The notes: generated by a model from the letters alone, not told the origin. Positions 48,374 through 60,629 are shown, counted from the stretch's first letter. The stretch is DNA of 64,000 nucleotides from Candidatus Eremiobacteria bacterium (GCA_963737065.1 CAVTRC010000001.1:2208001-2272000), one strand, 5' to 3'. Numbers and translations: made by a program.

Positions 48374-49606
48374 ACTCCTCCAATGCGTGTACGGTTGCAT
48401 CGATTTCCGCCGGCGTGTTGTAATGCGCCGCGCCGACACGGACGACGCCCGCGGCTTCATTTAAGCCGAGCGAACGAACGGGTTCCAGCGCAAAATTATT
48501 TCCGCTCCAGACGAAGATGTTGCGTCGTGCCATCGCGCGCGCGATGTCGTCCGTCGACGCAGCGGGATGAACGAATGACACGGTCGGCACGCGATGCGCC
48601 GCCGACGCCGGTTCGGTAATGCCGAAGATAGACGTGCCCTCGATGCGCTGCAGCCCTTCAATCAATCGACGTGCGAGTTGCTGCTCCCACTGCACGGACG
48701 CTGCAAACGCGGCGCGGATCTTCGCGCGCGCGTCGCCGTAGGTACCAACTTGTTCGCCCAGCCATTCGTAATAGGCAATCGTCGCGCTCAGCGCAGCGAA
48801 GAGTTCGATCTGCGGCGTGCCCAAGTCGAAGCGCCACGGAAGTTCGTCGCTTGCCGGGCGAACTTTGTCCGTCTCGAGGTTTTCGAGCAGCGATTCGCGT
48901 CCGTACACGATCCCGAGGTGCGGGCCGAAGAATTTGTACGACGAACACGCGAGAAAGTCGCAGCCGAGTTCGGTGACGTCGATGAATCCGTGCGGTGCGA
49001 ACTGCACCGCATCGACATATGCAAGGGCGCCGGCGTCATGGATTCGTTCAACGAGCGCGCGTACGTCATTGATCGATCCGGTAAGATTGCTCGCATAGTT
49101 CAGCGCGACGATGCGCGTGCGTTCGGTGAGCACACGATCGAGCGCATGCGGTTCGATACGCCAAGAATCCGGTCATAGTCGAGCCATCGCACGGCGAGTC
49201 CGCGGTCGGCGGCCGCCGCAAGCCAAGGTGAGATGTTGCCGTCGTGATCCATGCGCGTCACGACGATCTCGTCGCCCGGCTTTAACCGTCGCACCAGCGC
49301 GCGCGCAATCCCAAATGTAAGCGCCGTCATGCTCGGCCCGACGATGATTTCGCGCGATGACGCTGCGCCGAGAAACTGCGCCATTCGCTCGCGCGCGTCT
49401 TCGGTCGTTTGCTCCGCGAGACGGCTCGTGACGAAGTAGCCGCCGAGATTGGCGTTCGTCTCGATCAGGGCGCGCGCAGTGGCGTCTGCCACGCGCTTGG
49501 GCACTTGCGTTCCGGCGGGATTATCCAGGTAAATTCGCGGCGTTCCGGCGTCCGTAATTGAAAGGGATGGAAACTGCTCGCGGATCCGTTCGACGGGAAA
49601 ACCCAT
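48339..49606 (-). CDS. Cysteine desulfurase-like class V PLP enzyme (frameshift near 49155)
   Basis: YLDNPAGTQVP, MDHDGN, ASNLTG, VDAVQFAPH, SSYKFFGPH, HYNT. Confidence 0.88.
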
Positions 49607-49662
49607 TTCTGACGATTCTCATCCGCGCATGGGAGAGCCTTGAAGCTACCGAATCTGCAAGC

Positions 49663-49899
49663 ATGCGCAGGTGGGAGACGCTCAGCGCACTGGCTGCAGT
49701 TGTCCTCGCGAGCGTGGGAAGCATTCCGCGCGTACCGTTTCGGGCGATGCTGACCGGCGGCGCCGTCGTATTGATTACCGTGGTCGGTATTTCGCGGGTC
49801 GCTGCCGCGCTCAATGCAAAGCCGAAGCCGCCCGCATCCTTCGATCCGGGTCAGCGCGCGAGAATGATTCGCGAGGAAAGAAGCAAACGGCGCTCCTAA
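49663..49899 (+). CDS. Small membrane protein
   Basis: 78 aa, two hydrophobic segments, basic tail. Confidence 0.6.
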   Translation: MRRWETLSALAAVVLASVGSIPRVPFRAMLTGGAVVLITVVGISRVAAALNAKPKPPASFDPGQRARMIREERSKRRS

Positions 49900-49948
49900 C
49901 CTCTCGCTTGCACAGTGGACCGAAACGGCCGGGCGCGAGCGCCGTTTT

Positions 49949-51623
49949 TTATGACCCGCTTATGCCCTCGCGTTCGAGCATTTCTTTGTAAATGCGATCC
50001 ACGTCGGCTAGCGTGTTGATTTGTGAAACGGGCTTATCGTCGCGGATGCGCACGATGCGCGGAAACCGAAGCGCGTATCCGCTTTCATGCAGATCGCTGC
50101 GCTGGACGACATCGAACGCCACTTCGAGCACGATCTTCGATTGCACGGCGATCGCGTAACCGCGCTTGCCGGTCTGGTGCTCCAGGAACCACGTCGTCAT
50201 TCCCGCGATCTCAACGTCCGTCAAACCGGAATATGCCTTTCCGATCGTCAGCAGGTTGCCTTCGTCGTCCTGTACGGCGAACGTATAGTCGGAGAGCACC
50301 TTCGCGCGGCGACCGTGACCCCATTCGACTGCGACAACCACCACGTCGAGGGTTGTCAACTCGCGTTTCAGCTTTAGCCACCACTTCCCGCGCCGGCCGG
50401 GAACGTACGGCGCGTCGACGCGTTTGAGCATCAGCCCCTCGTTGCCGCGCGCGCGTGCCGCTTCGAAGCGTTCGTTGATCGCTTCCGCGACGGCGTCATC
50501 ATCGATGCGCTCGAACTGCGCGAGCGCGGCCCGTTCGCTCGGCTCGAAGGCGCTCGCCAAGCGCGTACGGCGTTCGATCAACGGTTCGTCGATCAAGAAT
50601 TCATCGTCGATTGCGATCGCATCGAAAACGACGTATTGCAACGGAACGTCCTCCAGCAGCGATGGATCGATCTCCTTACGCTGCAGACGCGCTTGCAAGA
50701 TGCGAAAGGGCAGCGCTTTTCCGTCGCGCGATGCGATGATTTCGCCGTCGAGAATCATACGCCGCGACTGCATCGCGAGGCGCTTGCGCGATCTCCGGAT
50801 ACGACCGCGTTACATCGTTGAAATTGCGCGAGTATAAGGCAACGGTTCCGTCGTGAACGTGTGCCTGCGCCCGAATGCCGTCGAATTTATCCTCTGCGAT
50901 CCACGTTTGTCCCGCGAGCTCGCGATAGCGATCGCCGTACGGAATCGGCGAGGCGAGCATGAATCCGACCGGCGACCCGTACGCGACGTGAATTGCGTTC
51001 AGCCGTTTGTGTTTCGCTGCAACGGCAACTTCTCCGATGTCGCCCGAAGCCATCACCGCGCGATGAATCTCGCGATGCGTGCTCTCGAACGCCGAAGCGA
51101 TCGCGTCGTGAACGAGCCCTTCGCGCAATCCGATGCGCAAATCGCCGGTGATGATCTTGATGACGTACGTTGCTTCCAAGGCATCGGTGCAATCGCGAAG
51201 GATGCGCTCGAGAATTGCCTCACGCTTTCTGCCCGCGTTCTTCCCTGACTCATCGGCGATCTGCACGAAGAGCGCATCGAGGAACGACGGCGTGAGCGTC
51301 TCTTCGGAAAAGAGCATCAGATCGGCAGGGGGCCGCACGAGCGGCCCGAGCGCTGAACCTAAATCGCCCGTTTCGCGATAGCGCGCCGAAAGCGCCGCAT
51401 CGTCGAATCCCCACACGCGTTTGGCGACGGCAATGATCGCGCGACCGCCGAGATTCAAGTTGCGCTGGTCTCGCGCAGCGAAGGGGTTGCCGGTAAAGAA
51501 GCGTGCAGCGGCATGCAGATCCCCGTCGTCGAGTTCGCGCAGATACTCCGCGATCAGCGCGATCTTTTCGAGCTTGCCGCCGCGCGCCGCGACGGCGTTC
51601 GCGACATAGGCGAAGCGCCGCAT
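49949..51623 (-). CDS. ATP-dependent DNA ligase (LigB-like; frameshift near 50780)
   Basis: EDKFDGIRAQ (KxDG), LDGE, FD, EGLMLK, WLKLK, LRFPRIVRIRDDK. Confidence 0.9.
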
Positions 51624-51626
51624 ACG

Positions 51627-53354
51627 CTACGGCAGGTCGATACGATACAACGGCTGACCGTCGAGCCACAAGCGCTGCATTTTGCCGCCCGCATTTGTAT
51701 CGAAGCGCACCGCCGACGCGCCGAGCGCAAACGCTCCGTTTTTCGGAAGAAGCGGCTGCACGCCGTCAACGGTCAAGCGATCTTTGACGACGACGATGCG
51801 CATGACGAGCGGCGTTCCCCAAATGTCGGCCTCATAGCGCCCGGTAAGGCTGTTCCAGGCCGGCGGATACGAGAACGACGACGGGCCGCGGTAGCGTTCG
51901 TTGGTGAAAACCGTCGAACCGTGCGTGAAGCCGTCGACGACTTTGTTCGCATTTCGCGTGAACGCGACGTAGTAATTTGGGAAGTGCGGATCATCGGTCC
52001 AAAACAAGTCGTCGCCGCGCGGGTCGAGTGCGTACGTTGCTCCGCCGTCGAGAAGTTGAACGGTTCCGTTGTTGTTACGCACGCTAACGGCGCCGCCCGT
52101 TGGTCCGCGATAGGTTCCGGCGTACTCCGACGCCACGGCCTTCGGCGGTGGGATCGGCAAAGCAGTTGGTGCCGGCGGCAACGTCGTGCCGAGCTGCTGC
52201 GCGCGTAGTACGGCTATTGCATATTTGACGATCGCGCACGGATGCAGCGGAGCCTCGATGAGATTCGCCATCGCGATGACACCGAAGCCGCGCGTGAGAT
52301 TGGCTTGCATGCATGCCGTGTAGCCGTTGATGCCGCCCGTGTGTCCGATGAGATGATCGCCGTTCGTATTGAAGACCGCAAGCCCGTACCCGTAGCGCGT
52401 GTAAAATTCCGGCCATTCCGCGACTTCCGGCGATGCCGCACCTGCCGGCTTCCCGTTGCTGAGCCGGTCCGGGGTTGTCATTGCGGTGAACGTGGCGGCA
52501 TGCAGTAGTCGCGTGCCTTGCGCACTCTCGCCGTTATTCAGATAGAACCGCATGTACGCCGCCATGTCGCCGGGAGTGGAAATCACCGAGCCTGCCGGAT
52601 TGAGAAAGTCGACCGCCTGTGCGGGAATCAGCGCCGGGTTCGGCGGTGTTGCGACCAAATCTCCGTCGCGAAAAATATAGCCGGTTGCGGTATCGGCCAT
52701 CGTGCGCGCGTCAAAATATGCCGACGAGTGCGCCATGCCGAGCGGTGTGAAGACCGCCGATTCGATACCGTCTTGCCACGAACGGCCGGATACCGTCGCC
52801 TCGATCGCGCCGACCGTCGCAAAACCGTCGTTCGAATACGACCACTTCGTTCCCGGCGTAAAAATCGTATGCGCGTTTCGCAACGCTGCGATTTCATAGC
52901 TATAGCTGCCTTCGAGCGTGTAGTCGTCGGGAATTCCGCCCGTATGCGAAAGCAATTCATGAACGAGGACACGATCGCCACCGCCGATCGACCACCACGG
53001 AAGATATCGCTTCACCGGCGCGTTCAAATCGACGAGCCCGCGATCGTGCAATTGCAGGAGCGCGAGCGACGTCATGGACTTCGAAATCGACCCGATGGGG
53101 AAGCGGGTGTTTTCCGTGACCGGCGTTTTGCTCTCGACGTTCGCATAGCCGAACGTCAAAATTTTCAACGTATGCGTACGATCCGTGATGGCGACCGACA
53201 TGCCGGGCGCCCCTTGTTCGGCAAGCGCACGCGGTCCGTACGCGGCAATCGCGGCGATTGCGTCGTCGATCGATGGACCGCGCGACGATGTTTGCGCTTG
53301 CGCGCCAAATGGAAGCAGCGCGAAAACGAGGGCTATTGTGGCGGCTCTCTTCAT
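51627..53354 (-). CDS. Secreted serine hydrolase (beta-lactamase-related)
   Basis: Signal peptide; GSISKS, YSN, HTGG. Confidence 0.85.
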   Translation of the reverse strand: MKRAATIALVFALLPFGAQAQTSSRGPSIDDAIAAIAAYGPRALAEQGAPGMSVAITDRTHTLKILTFGYANVESKTPVTENTRFPIGSISKSMTSLALLQLHDRGLVDLNAPVKRYLPWWSIGGGDRVLVHELLSHTGGIPDDYTLEGSYSYEIAALRNAHTIFTPGTKWSYSNDGFATVGAIEATVSGRSWQDGIESAVFTPLGMAHSSAYFDARTMADTATGYIFRDGDLVATPPNPALIPAQAVDFLNPAGSVISTPGDMAAYMRFYLNNGESAQGTRLLHAATFTAMTTPDRLSNGKPAGAASPEVAEWPEFYTRYGYGLAVFNTNGDHLIGHTGGINGYTACMQANLTRGFGVIAMANLIEAPLHPCAIVKYAIAVLRAQQLGTTLPPAPTALPIPPPKAVASEYAGTYRGPTGGAVSVRNNNGTVQLLDGGATYALDPRGDDLFWTDDPHFPNYYVAFTRNANKVVDGFTHGSTVFTNERYRGPSSFSYPPAWNSLTGRYEADIWGTPLVMRIVVVKDRLTVDGVQPLLPKNGAFALGASAVRFDTNAGGKMQRLWLDGQPLYRIDLP

Positions 53355-53394
53355 GTAAGGGGGCGTTCTCCCGGACGTCCGCGAAGGCCTCGGC

Positions 53395-53673
53395 ATGGTC
53401 ACGGCCTTTATTCTGATGAACGTTTCGCGTCCGCGGCTCAAATCGATTGCCGATGATCTGCTCGCCATTGACGGCGTTGCCGAAGTCTATTCCGTCGCGG
53501 GGCCGTTTGATATCGTCGCCATCGCGCGCGTAAAAGAACATGAAGCGCTCAACGATCTGGTCACCGAGCACGTGGCTGCGCTCGACGGCGTGGACCGCAC
53601 CGAGACGCTGATCGCGTTCAAGACCTTCGCGAAAAAAGATCTCGGCATGCTGTGGGACATCGGCGTCGATTAA
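53395..53673 (+). CDS. Stand-alone Lrp/AsnC ligand-binding domain protein
   Basis: MVTAFIL, GV.EVYSVAGPFD, GVDRTETLIAF. Confidence 0.88.
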   Translation: MVTAFILMNVSRPRLKSIADDLLAIDGVAEVYSVAGPFDIVAIARVKEHEALNDLVTEHVAALDGVDRTETLIAFKTFAKKDLGMLWDIGVD

Positions 53674-53676
53674 GGG

Positions 53677-53997
53677 ATGGCGTCGATGAAGCAAGTCGAA
53701 GACGCGATCTTCGAAAAGGAAGGCTTTCGCGTGAAGCTCGCGGCGCTTGATGGCAAGAAGAGCGTCGCGTTGCCGCCGTACGACTACGAGTACATGGCTC
53801 CGAACAAATGGAAGTTAACGGACTGGCGGATGGTGCGTATGGCGCGGTACATCCCGTTCTTGAAGTCGCTCGAGACATTTCGCGGCGACGGCACGAAAAC
53901 GACGTCCGATATGCGGCTCGGGAATCTGCGCGATACGTACTTCAACGAGCACTGTGCGGATGAGGCTCGCGCGTTGGAGGAAGGCAACACGAACTAG
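53677..53997 (+). CDS. Hypothetical protein
   Basis: 106 aa, host-like codons, 3 bp after the AsnC gene. Confidence 0.7.
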   Translation: MASMKQVEDAIFEKEGFRVKLAALDGKKSVALPPYDYEYMAPNKWKLTDWRMVRMARYIPFLKSLETFRGDGTKTTSDMRLGNLRDTYFNEHCADEARALEEGNTN

Positions 53998-55019
53998 AAA
54001 AGCGTTAGTTGCGCGTTCGCTTCCATGTACTCCGCATCGACACCCAGTGTCCGAAGCCGATAGACGAAGTCGCGCCAGCCGTGATTGAGCAACACCTTCT
54101 TCGGCTGCGCGAGCTCGATATAGCGCAAGAGCGAAGGGTAGTCCGCGTGATCGGAAAGTGCGAACCCGTGTTCCGTCCCATAACGAAATAGCGCACCGCG
54201 ATCGACCGACCAACCCGTCAGCACTGCCGTGCGCACTTCGCGGTCCCGCAAAGCTCTCGGCAGCGCTTTTCCGCCCGGCGGCCACACGAGCGCGGATGAT
54301 GCGTCGAAGAGTTCCGCGTGATATCGCTTGTACGGCGGCATCGTCACTCCGCACTTTTCGTAAATGTTCGCGATCGTGTGGATCGCGCCGTGAACGGTCA
54401 CGGCAATCCCGGCGTTGCCGAGAATCGCGATCGCTTCTTGCGCCTTGCCGAGCGAATATGCAAAGAACACCGGAACCGCATCCGTTTCGAGCGCGCTGCG
54501 CGCGAACGCGATCATCGCACCGGCAACCTCTTCGCGCGGTGGAAAGGCGTAATGCGGACGTCCGTACGTGCACTCCATCAACAGTACGTCGCATCGTTTG
54601 ACTTCCGGCGGTTCGGCAGTGAGCGAATGCGACAGTTTGAAGTCGCCCGTGTACACGAACGACCCCGATTCGCCTTCGATCAGCAGTTGCGAACTGCCCA
54701 GAACGTGACCGGCCGAAAAAAGCGTCAGACGATGCTCGCCTTCGAGCCACGGCTCGTTATAGGCATGCTCTTCGAACGCCGGATCGATCCGCGGACGTTC
54801 CGCGCGCGGCAGCAGCGAGGGCTCCTGCGCGGACTGCTCGCGGCGCATGAAGCGCGCACGACAAATCTGCGCCGTATTCGGCGTCGTTACGAGGACCTGA
54901 TGCTCGCGCGCATGATCGCTATGTCCGTGCGAGACGTAGCAGCGATGGCGCGTGCTCATGCTGTCGATCCAAAGATCGAGCGCGTCGACGTACAGGGATT
55001 GTTCCGAGAGGCTAAACAC
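53994..55019 (-). CDS. MBL-fold/beta-CASP nuclease (ligase-associated exonuclease-like)
   Basis: SHGHSDH, AGHVLGS, YTGDFK, ECTYG, YSLGKAQ, LSDHADY, HG. Confidence 0.88.
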   Translation of the reverse strand: MFSLSEQSLYVDALDLWIDSMSTRHRCYVSHGHSDHAREHQVLVTTPNTAQICRARFMRREQSAQEPSLLPRAERPRIDPAFEEHAYNEPWLEGEHRLTLFSAGHVLGSSQLLIEGESGSFVYTGDFKLSHSLTAEPPEVKRCDVLLMECTYGRPHYAFPPREEVAGAMIAFARSALETDAVPVFFAYSLGKAQEAIAILGNAGIAVTVHGAIHTIANIYEKCGVTMPPYKRYHAELFDASSALVWPPGGKALPRALRDREVRTAVLTGWSVDRGALFRYGTEHGFALSDHADYPSLLRYIELAQPKKVLLNHGWRDFVYRLRTLGVDAEYMEANAQLTLF

Positions 55020-55108
55020 GTTCGCCGCCCCTTCGCTTCGGCAGGGCTTCGGCCTTCGCAGGCTAAGCCTGCAAATCTCCTTACGCCAACGGGGTTTTAC
55101 GAAGCACT

Positions 55109-56074
55109 ATGGCACGCATATACGAGAATCTGGCCGATACATTCGGCAATACGCCGCTGGTGAAGATTCCGCGGCTGAACAAGGGGTTACCCGGGACGGT
55201 TCTTGTGAAGATGGAGTCGTTCAACCCGGCCGGCTCGGTCAAAGATCGCATCGGCGTTTCGATGATCGAAGCCGCCGAACGAGACGGCCGCCTGCTTCCT
55301 GGGATGACGATTCTCGAACCGACGAGCGGCAATACGGGTATCGCGCTCGCGTTCGTCGCCGCGGCCAAGGGCTATCGATGTATTCTCGTCATGCCGGACA
55401 CGATGACCGTCGAGCGCCGCAACTTATTGAAAGCGTACGGCGCGCAAGTGGTGCTGACGCCCGGCGCGGACGGCATGAAAGGCGCGATTGCGAAAGCGGA
55501 AGAGATTCGCGCCAAGGATCCGAGCAAATATTTCATTCCGCAGCAATTCGAAAATCCCGCGAATCCGGACGTTCATTACCGCACGAGCGGCGAAGAGCTT
55601 TGGCGCGATACTGACGGCAACATCGACATCCTCGTCTCGATGGTCGGAACCGGCGGTACGATCACCGGTGCGGGACGTCTGCTCAAAGAACGCAAACCCG
55701 GCGTTAGAATCATTGCCGGCGAACCCGATGCATCGCCTGTGCTCTCCGGCGGAAGCCCCGGACCGCACAAGATTCAGGGGACCGGAACCGGGTTCGTACC
55801 AAAGGTTCTCGATACGAGCATCTACGACGAAATCGTCCGCGTGACGGACGCCGATGCGATTGCAACGGCACGCCGCGCGGCGCGTGAGGAAGGCATGCTC
55901 GTCGGCATCTCGTCCGGTGCGAACATCGCTGCCGCGTTGCAAGTTGCCGCACGTCCCGAGTCGGCAGGCAAGACGATCGTTACGATTGCGTGCGACACCG
56001 GCGAGCGGTATTTGAGCAATCCGGTTTTCTCGGAACAGGAAGCGGTCATCGTAGAACCAGCCTTGGTTTCGTGA
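55109..56074 (+). CDS. cysK: Cysteine synthase A
   Basis: [43 protein letters not shown]. Confidence 0.95.
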   Translation: MARIYENLADTFGNTPLVKIPRLNKGLPGTVLVKMESFNPAGSVKDRIGVSMIEAAERDGRLLPGMTILEPTSGNTGIALAFVAAAKGYRCILVMPDTMTVERRNLLKAYGAQVVLTPGADGMKGAIAKAEEIRAKDPSKYFIPQQFENPANPDVHYRTSGEELWRDTDGNIDILVSMVGTGGTITGAGRLLKERKPGVRIIAGEPDASPVLSGGSPGPHKIQGTGTGFVPKVLDTSIYDEIVRVTDADAIATARRAAREEGMLVGISSGANIAAALQVAARPESAGKTIVTIACDTGERYLSNPVFSEQEAVIVEPALVS

Positions 56075-57085
56075 GAATTGAAGTTACACGCGGAGATCTC
56101 GTAGAGTCCGTCCATCACGTCGCCGCCGCAGCCGCAACACCGCGCGGCGACGTGATCCTCTCCACCGGCGATATTTCCTCGCCGGTGTTTTTGCGTTCGT
56201 CCGCAAAGCCGTTCATCGCGGCCGCCGCCGTTGAAGCGGGTGTCTGCGAGCGGTTTCGGCTTCGACATGCGTGAAATCGCCGTCATCGCGGCCTCGCATA
56301 CGGGCCAGCCGTTTCATGTGGCGGCGGTTGAATCGATTCTCAAGAAGATCGGCATCGATGAGTCGGCGTTGCATTGCGGCGCGCACTATCCTTACAACGA
56401 AGCGGCCGCCCATGCGCTGATCGAGCGTGGCGAAAAGCCACGCGCCGTTCACAACAACTGCTCCGGAAAACACGCCGGCATTTTAGCACTGTGCAAAGTC
56501 TTGGGTGGCGACCTCTCGACGTATCTTGAAGTATCGAATCCAGCGCAACAAGCGATTCTTTCGTTTTGTGCCCGCATGTCCGATGACGATCCGGCGACGT
56601 GGCCCATCGCAGTCGACGGGTGCGGAATTCCGGTGTACGCAACGAGCCTGCAAAAGGCGGCAACGGCATTCGCGCGATTCGCGTCGTTGACCGAGGTCCA
56701 GCCGCGCGATGCGCGGGCGCTGCTCGTCGTACGTGACGCAATGGTTGCACATCCCGAATATGTGTCGGGAAGAGGCGAATTCGATACGGCGCTGATGACC
56801 GCGGGCGGCGGCAGCGTTGCATGTAAGGCGGGCGCCGAAGGCGTCCACGGCGTGTCGTTGGTTCCCGACGGCGTCGGTTTTGCGAGTAAAGTGGCTGACG
56901 GCGCGAGCCGCGCGCGAGCGCCGGTGACAATGGCGGCGCTGAAGGCGCTTGGTTCGCCCGTAGCGGATGCGACGGAACTGCGCGCCTTTGCGCATCCCGT
57001 CGTGTATAATCGAGCCGGACGCGCGGTCGGCGAAATCCGCCTCGCGACCGACTTCGCCATCGAACAAGCGAGTAGCAGAATTTAA
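56071..57085 (+). CDS. Asparaginase II-family protein (frameshift near 56255)
   Basis: TRG..VESVH, RSSAKP, ASHTG, NNCSGKH, DGCG.P, KAGAEG. Confidence 0.85.
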
Positions 57086-60000
57086 TTGCGAGACTATTTG
57101 CGGCCGCTGCAGGAGCGGGTTCTTATTTATGATGGCGCCATGGGCACGCAGCTCATGGCGCTCGACTTAACGGCTTCCGATTTCGGCGGTGAGCGCTATC
57201 ACGGGTGCAATGAAGCGCTCGTCCTCACCCGCCCGGACGTCATTCGCGCGATTCACACCGCGTATTTGGAAGCCGGCGCCGACGTGGTCGAAACCGATTC
57301 GTTCACCGCGTCGCGGTTGAAGCTCGACGAGTACGAACTCGGCGAAAAGACGTACGAGATCAACCGCCGCGCAGCCGAGATCGCACGCGACGCATGCGAC
57401 GCCGTTGCAACGCCGGATTGGCCGCGTTTCGTAGCCGGTTCAATGGGGCCGACCGGCATGCTCGTCTCGTCGTCCGACCCCGCGCTCTCGAAGATCACTT
57501 TTGAAGAGCTCGCAACGATTTACGGCGAGCAAGCGCGCGCGCTCGTCGACGGCGGTGTCGACGTGCTGTTGCTCGAGACGATGCAAGATCTGCTCGAGCT
57601 CAAAGCGGCGATTGCCGGAATCGTCCGTGAGTTTGCGCGCGGCCTGCGCCGTGTGCCCGTTCAAGCGCAGCCGACGCTCATCACCGAAGGACGCATGCTG
57701 CTCGGCACCGACATTCGCGCGATAACGGCGACGCTCGACGCACTGCCGATTGACGCGATCGGATTGAATTGTTCCACGGGGCCGGCCCAAATGCGCGACT
57801 CGGTTCGTTACCTGTCCGAAAACTCGCGTTGTTACGTCAGCGTCATTCCAAATGCCGGGTTGCCGCTCATGGGTCCGAAAGGCGAGACGATCTATCCCGA
57901 AACGCCGGACGAGCTAGCGCGCGAACTTGCGAACTTCGTCCAGGAATTTCACGTCAACATCGTCGGCGGATGCTGTGGCACGACGCCCGCGCACATCAAA
58001 GCCTTGCGTAAAGCGGTCGAGGAAATTCCGTTCAACGCAAAACGCGTCGTGCCGCGCGACTCCGAGGGCGACGATCGTCCGGAATATGTCGCGTCGGCGA
58101 TGACGGCCGTGACGCTCGAACAGCAGCCGAGACCGCTGCTCGTCGGCGAACGGATCAACAGCCAAGGCTCGCGCAAGATGAAGCGCCTCTTGCTCGACGA
58201 CGACTACGACGAGATCATGCTCGTCGCGCGCGAGCAAGTCGAAGGCGGAGCGCACGTCTTGGACGTCTGCTGCGCGCTGACCGAACGAACCGACGAAGAC
58301 GTGCAGATGCGCGAACTCGTCCGCCGTCTCGCGCAATCGATCGAAGCGCCGCTCATGATCGACTCGACGGAGCCGCGCGTACTGCAAGCTCGCGCTGGAA
58401 AACTATCCCGGCCGCGCGATCGTCAATTCCGTGCATCTCGAAGCGGGGCGCTCGAAGATGGACGTGGTGCTGCCGCTCGCGGTGGAGCACGGCGCGGCGG
58501 TCGTTGCGCTGACCATCGACGAAACCGGCATGGCGAAGACGGCGCAGCGCAAGCTCGAGGTGGCGAAGCGGATCTACGATATCGCCGTCGGTGAGTACGG
58601 CCTGCCGCCGGGCGCGCTGATTTTCGACGATTTGACGTTTACGCTCGCAACGGGCGACGCCGAGTTTCTCGAATTCCGCAATCGAAACGATCGAAGGCAT
58701 TCGCTCGATCAAACGCGAGCTTCCCGGCGTGTTGACGTCGCTCGGCGTTTCGAACGTGTCATTCGGATTGAAACCCGCGGCGCGCGCCGCATTGAATTCG
58801 GTTTTTCTCCACCATTGCGTGCAAGCCGGCCTCGATCTTGCGCTCGTCCATGCAAAAGAAATCACGCCGTACGCGGAGATCGAGCCGACCGTACGCGAAC
58901 TTTGCGACGATCTCGTCTTCAATCGCCGCGCGGATGCGTTGAGCGCGCTTCATCGAGCACTTTGAATCGGCTGTCGTTGCGACAAGGTCAGGATGACGCC
59001 GGCGGCGAGCGAAGAAGCGCAAGTTGCCGATCGAGCAGCAGATTCACAATGCGATTCTGCGCCGTCGCAAAGACGGCATCGAAGCGAAGATCGACGTCGC
59101 GCTGCAAGCGCGTACGCCGGTTGCCGTCCTCAACGAGATTTTGCTGCCCGCGATGAAGGACGTCGGCGACAAATTCGGCTGCCGGCGAATTGATTTTGCC
59201 CTTCGTGCTGCAGTCGGCTGAAGTGATGAAGAAAGCGGTCGCGCATCTCGAACAGTTCCTCGAGAAGAAAGAAGGGACGCGACGAAAGGCACCGTCGTTC
59301 TTGCGACGGTGTTCGGCGACGTTCACGACATCGGCAAGAATCTCGTCAACACAATTCTGACGAACAACGGCTACACCGTGCACGATCTCGGCAAACAAGT
59401 GCCGATGAACACGATTCTTCAGAAGGCGGTAGAAGTCGATGCCGACGCGATCGGACTATCGGCACTCCTCGTCTCAACGAGCAAACAGATGCCGATCTGC
59501 GTGCAAGAACAAGAAGCGCGTGGCTTGCAATTCCCGGTGATCGTCGGCGGCGCGGCGATTAACCGCGATTTCGGTCGCCGCATCGCGCTCTTGAATGATG
59601 GTGAGCGCTTCTTCGAGCCGGGACTCTTCTACGCAAAAGATGCGTTCGAGGGACTGGACATCGTGGATCGCTTGACCTCGGACGGTGCGGCTCGCAGTGC
59701 GTTGGTGGAGCGGATTCGTACCGAGGCGTTCGCGCAGCGCGATCGCGCGCGAATTGCTACCGTACACCGTTCGGAAACGCCATCGGTTTCCGCGGTGAAA
59801 AGCGAACTTGCGGACATTCCGCAACCTCCGTTTTGGGGCGCGCAGACACTCGACGCAATCGACGTCGAAGAGCTGTGGCCGTGCTTCGATCTCAAAAGTC
59901 TCTACCGGCTTTCGTGGGGCGCCAGCAATACCAAAGGTGAAGCGTTCGAAGCGCTGTTGCGCGATGAATTCCAGCCGCGGCTGCATCGCTATCAGCACGA

Positions 60001-60604
60001 AGCTGCGCGCGGCGGATTGCTCTTTCCGAAAGTTGCGTACGGGTATTTTCCTGCGGCGGGCGTCGGCAACGACGTGATCGTCTACGACCCGAACGATCGC
60101 TCGCGTGAAATCGCGCGCTTTCCGTTCACGCGCCAAATCGGCGGCGAACATCTGTGCCTCGCCGATTATTTGCGCGAGCCGCGCAGCGGCGAAGGCATCG
60201 ACGTCGTCGCGTTGCAAGTCGTCACGGTTGGTACGGTCGCCGCGCAACGTACGGAAGAACTACAGGCCAAGGGCGACTACAGCGAATCGTATTTCCTTCA
60301 CGGATTCTCCGTGCAATCGGCCGAAGCGCTCGCCGAATGGACGCACCACCGCATCCGCACCGAACTGCGGCTGGAACCGCAACGAGGCAAACGCTATTCG
60401 TGGGGTTACGGCGCGTGTCCCGATCTCTCGCAACACGAGATCGCGTTTGGTCTCCTCGAAGCCACGCAGCGCATCGGCGTCACGCTCACCGAAGCGTTCC
60501 AAATCATACCGGAACAATCGACAGCCGCAATCGTGATGCACCATCCGCGCGCCTCGTATTTCAACGCCGCCGCGGTGAGAGAAACCGCCGCCGCGGGAGT
60601 GTGA
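57086..60604 (+). CDS. metH: B12-dependent methionine synthase (several apparent frameshifts 58390-59290)
   Basis: DGAMGT, GLNCSTGP, GGCCGTTP, GERIN, DSTE, GVSNVSFG, GDVHDIGKN, GYGACPD, PEQST. Confidence 0.92.
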
Positions 60605-60623
60605 TCCTGAGCTTGTCGAAGGA
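60601..60623 (+). repeat. Single copy of the REP-like core
   Basis: GTGATCCTGAGCTTGTCGAAGGA, one mismatch to the core of the 13087 array. Confidence 0.8.
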
Positions 60624-60629
60624 CGCTAA

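Noticed and set aside
55020..55075. SAM riboswitch or other Cys/Met leader before cysK
   Set aside because: No SAM-I/II or T-box consensus; CTTCGGCAGGGCTTCGGC looks like a single decayed palindromic repeat
58380..59300. Programmed frameshifting, intein or split metH
   Set aside because: Multiple scattered single-base indels without slippery heptamers or intein motifs, matching the error pattern of neighbouring genes
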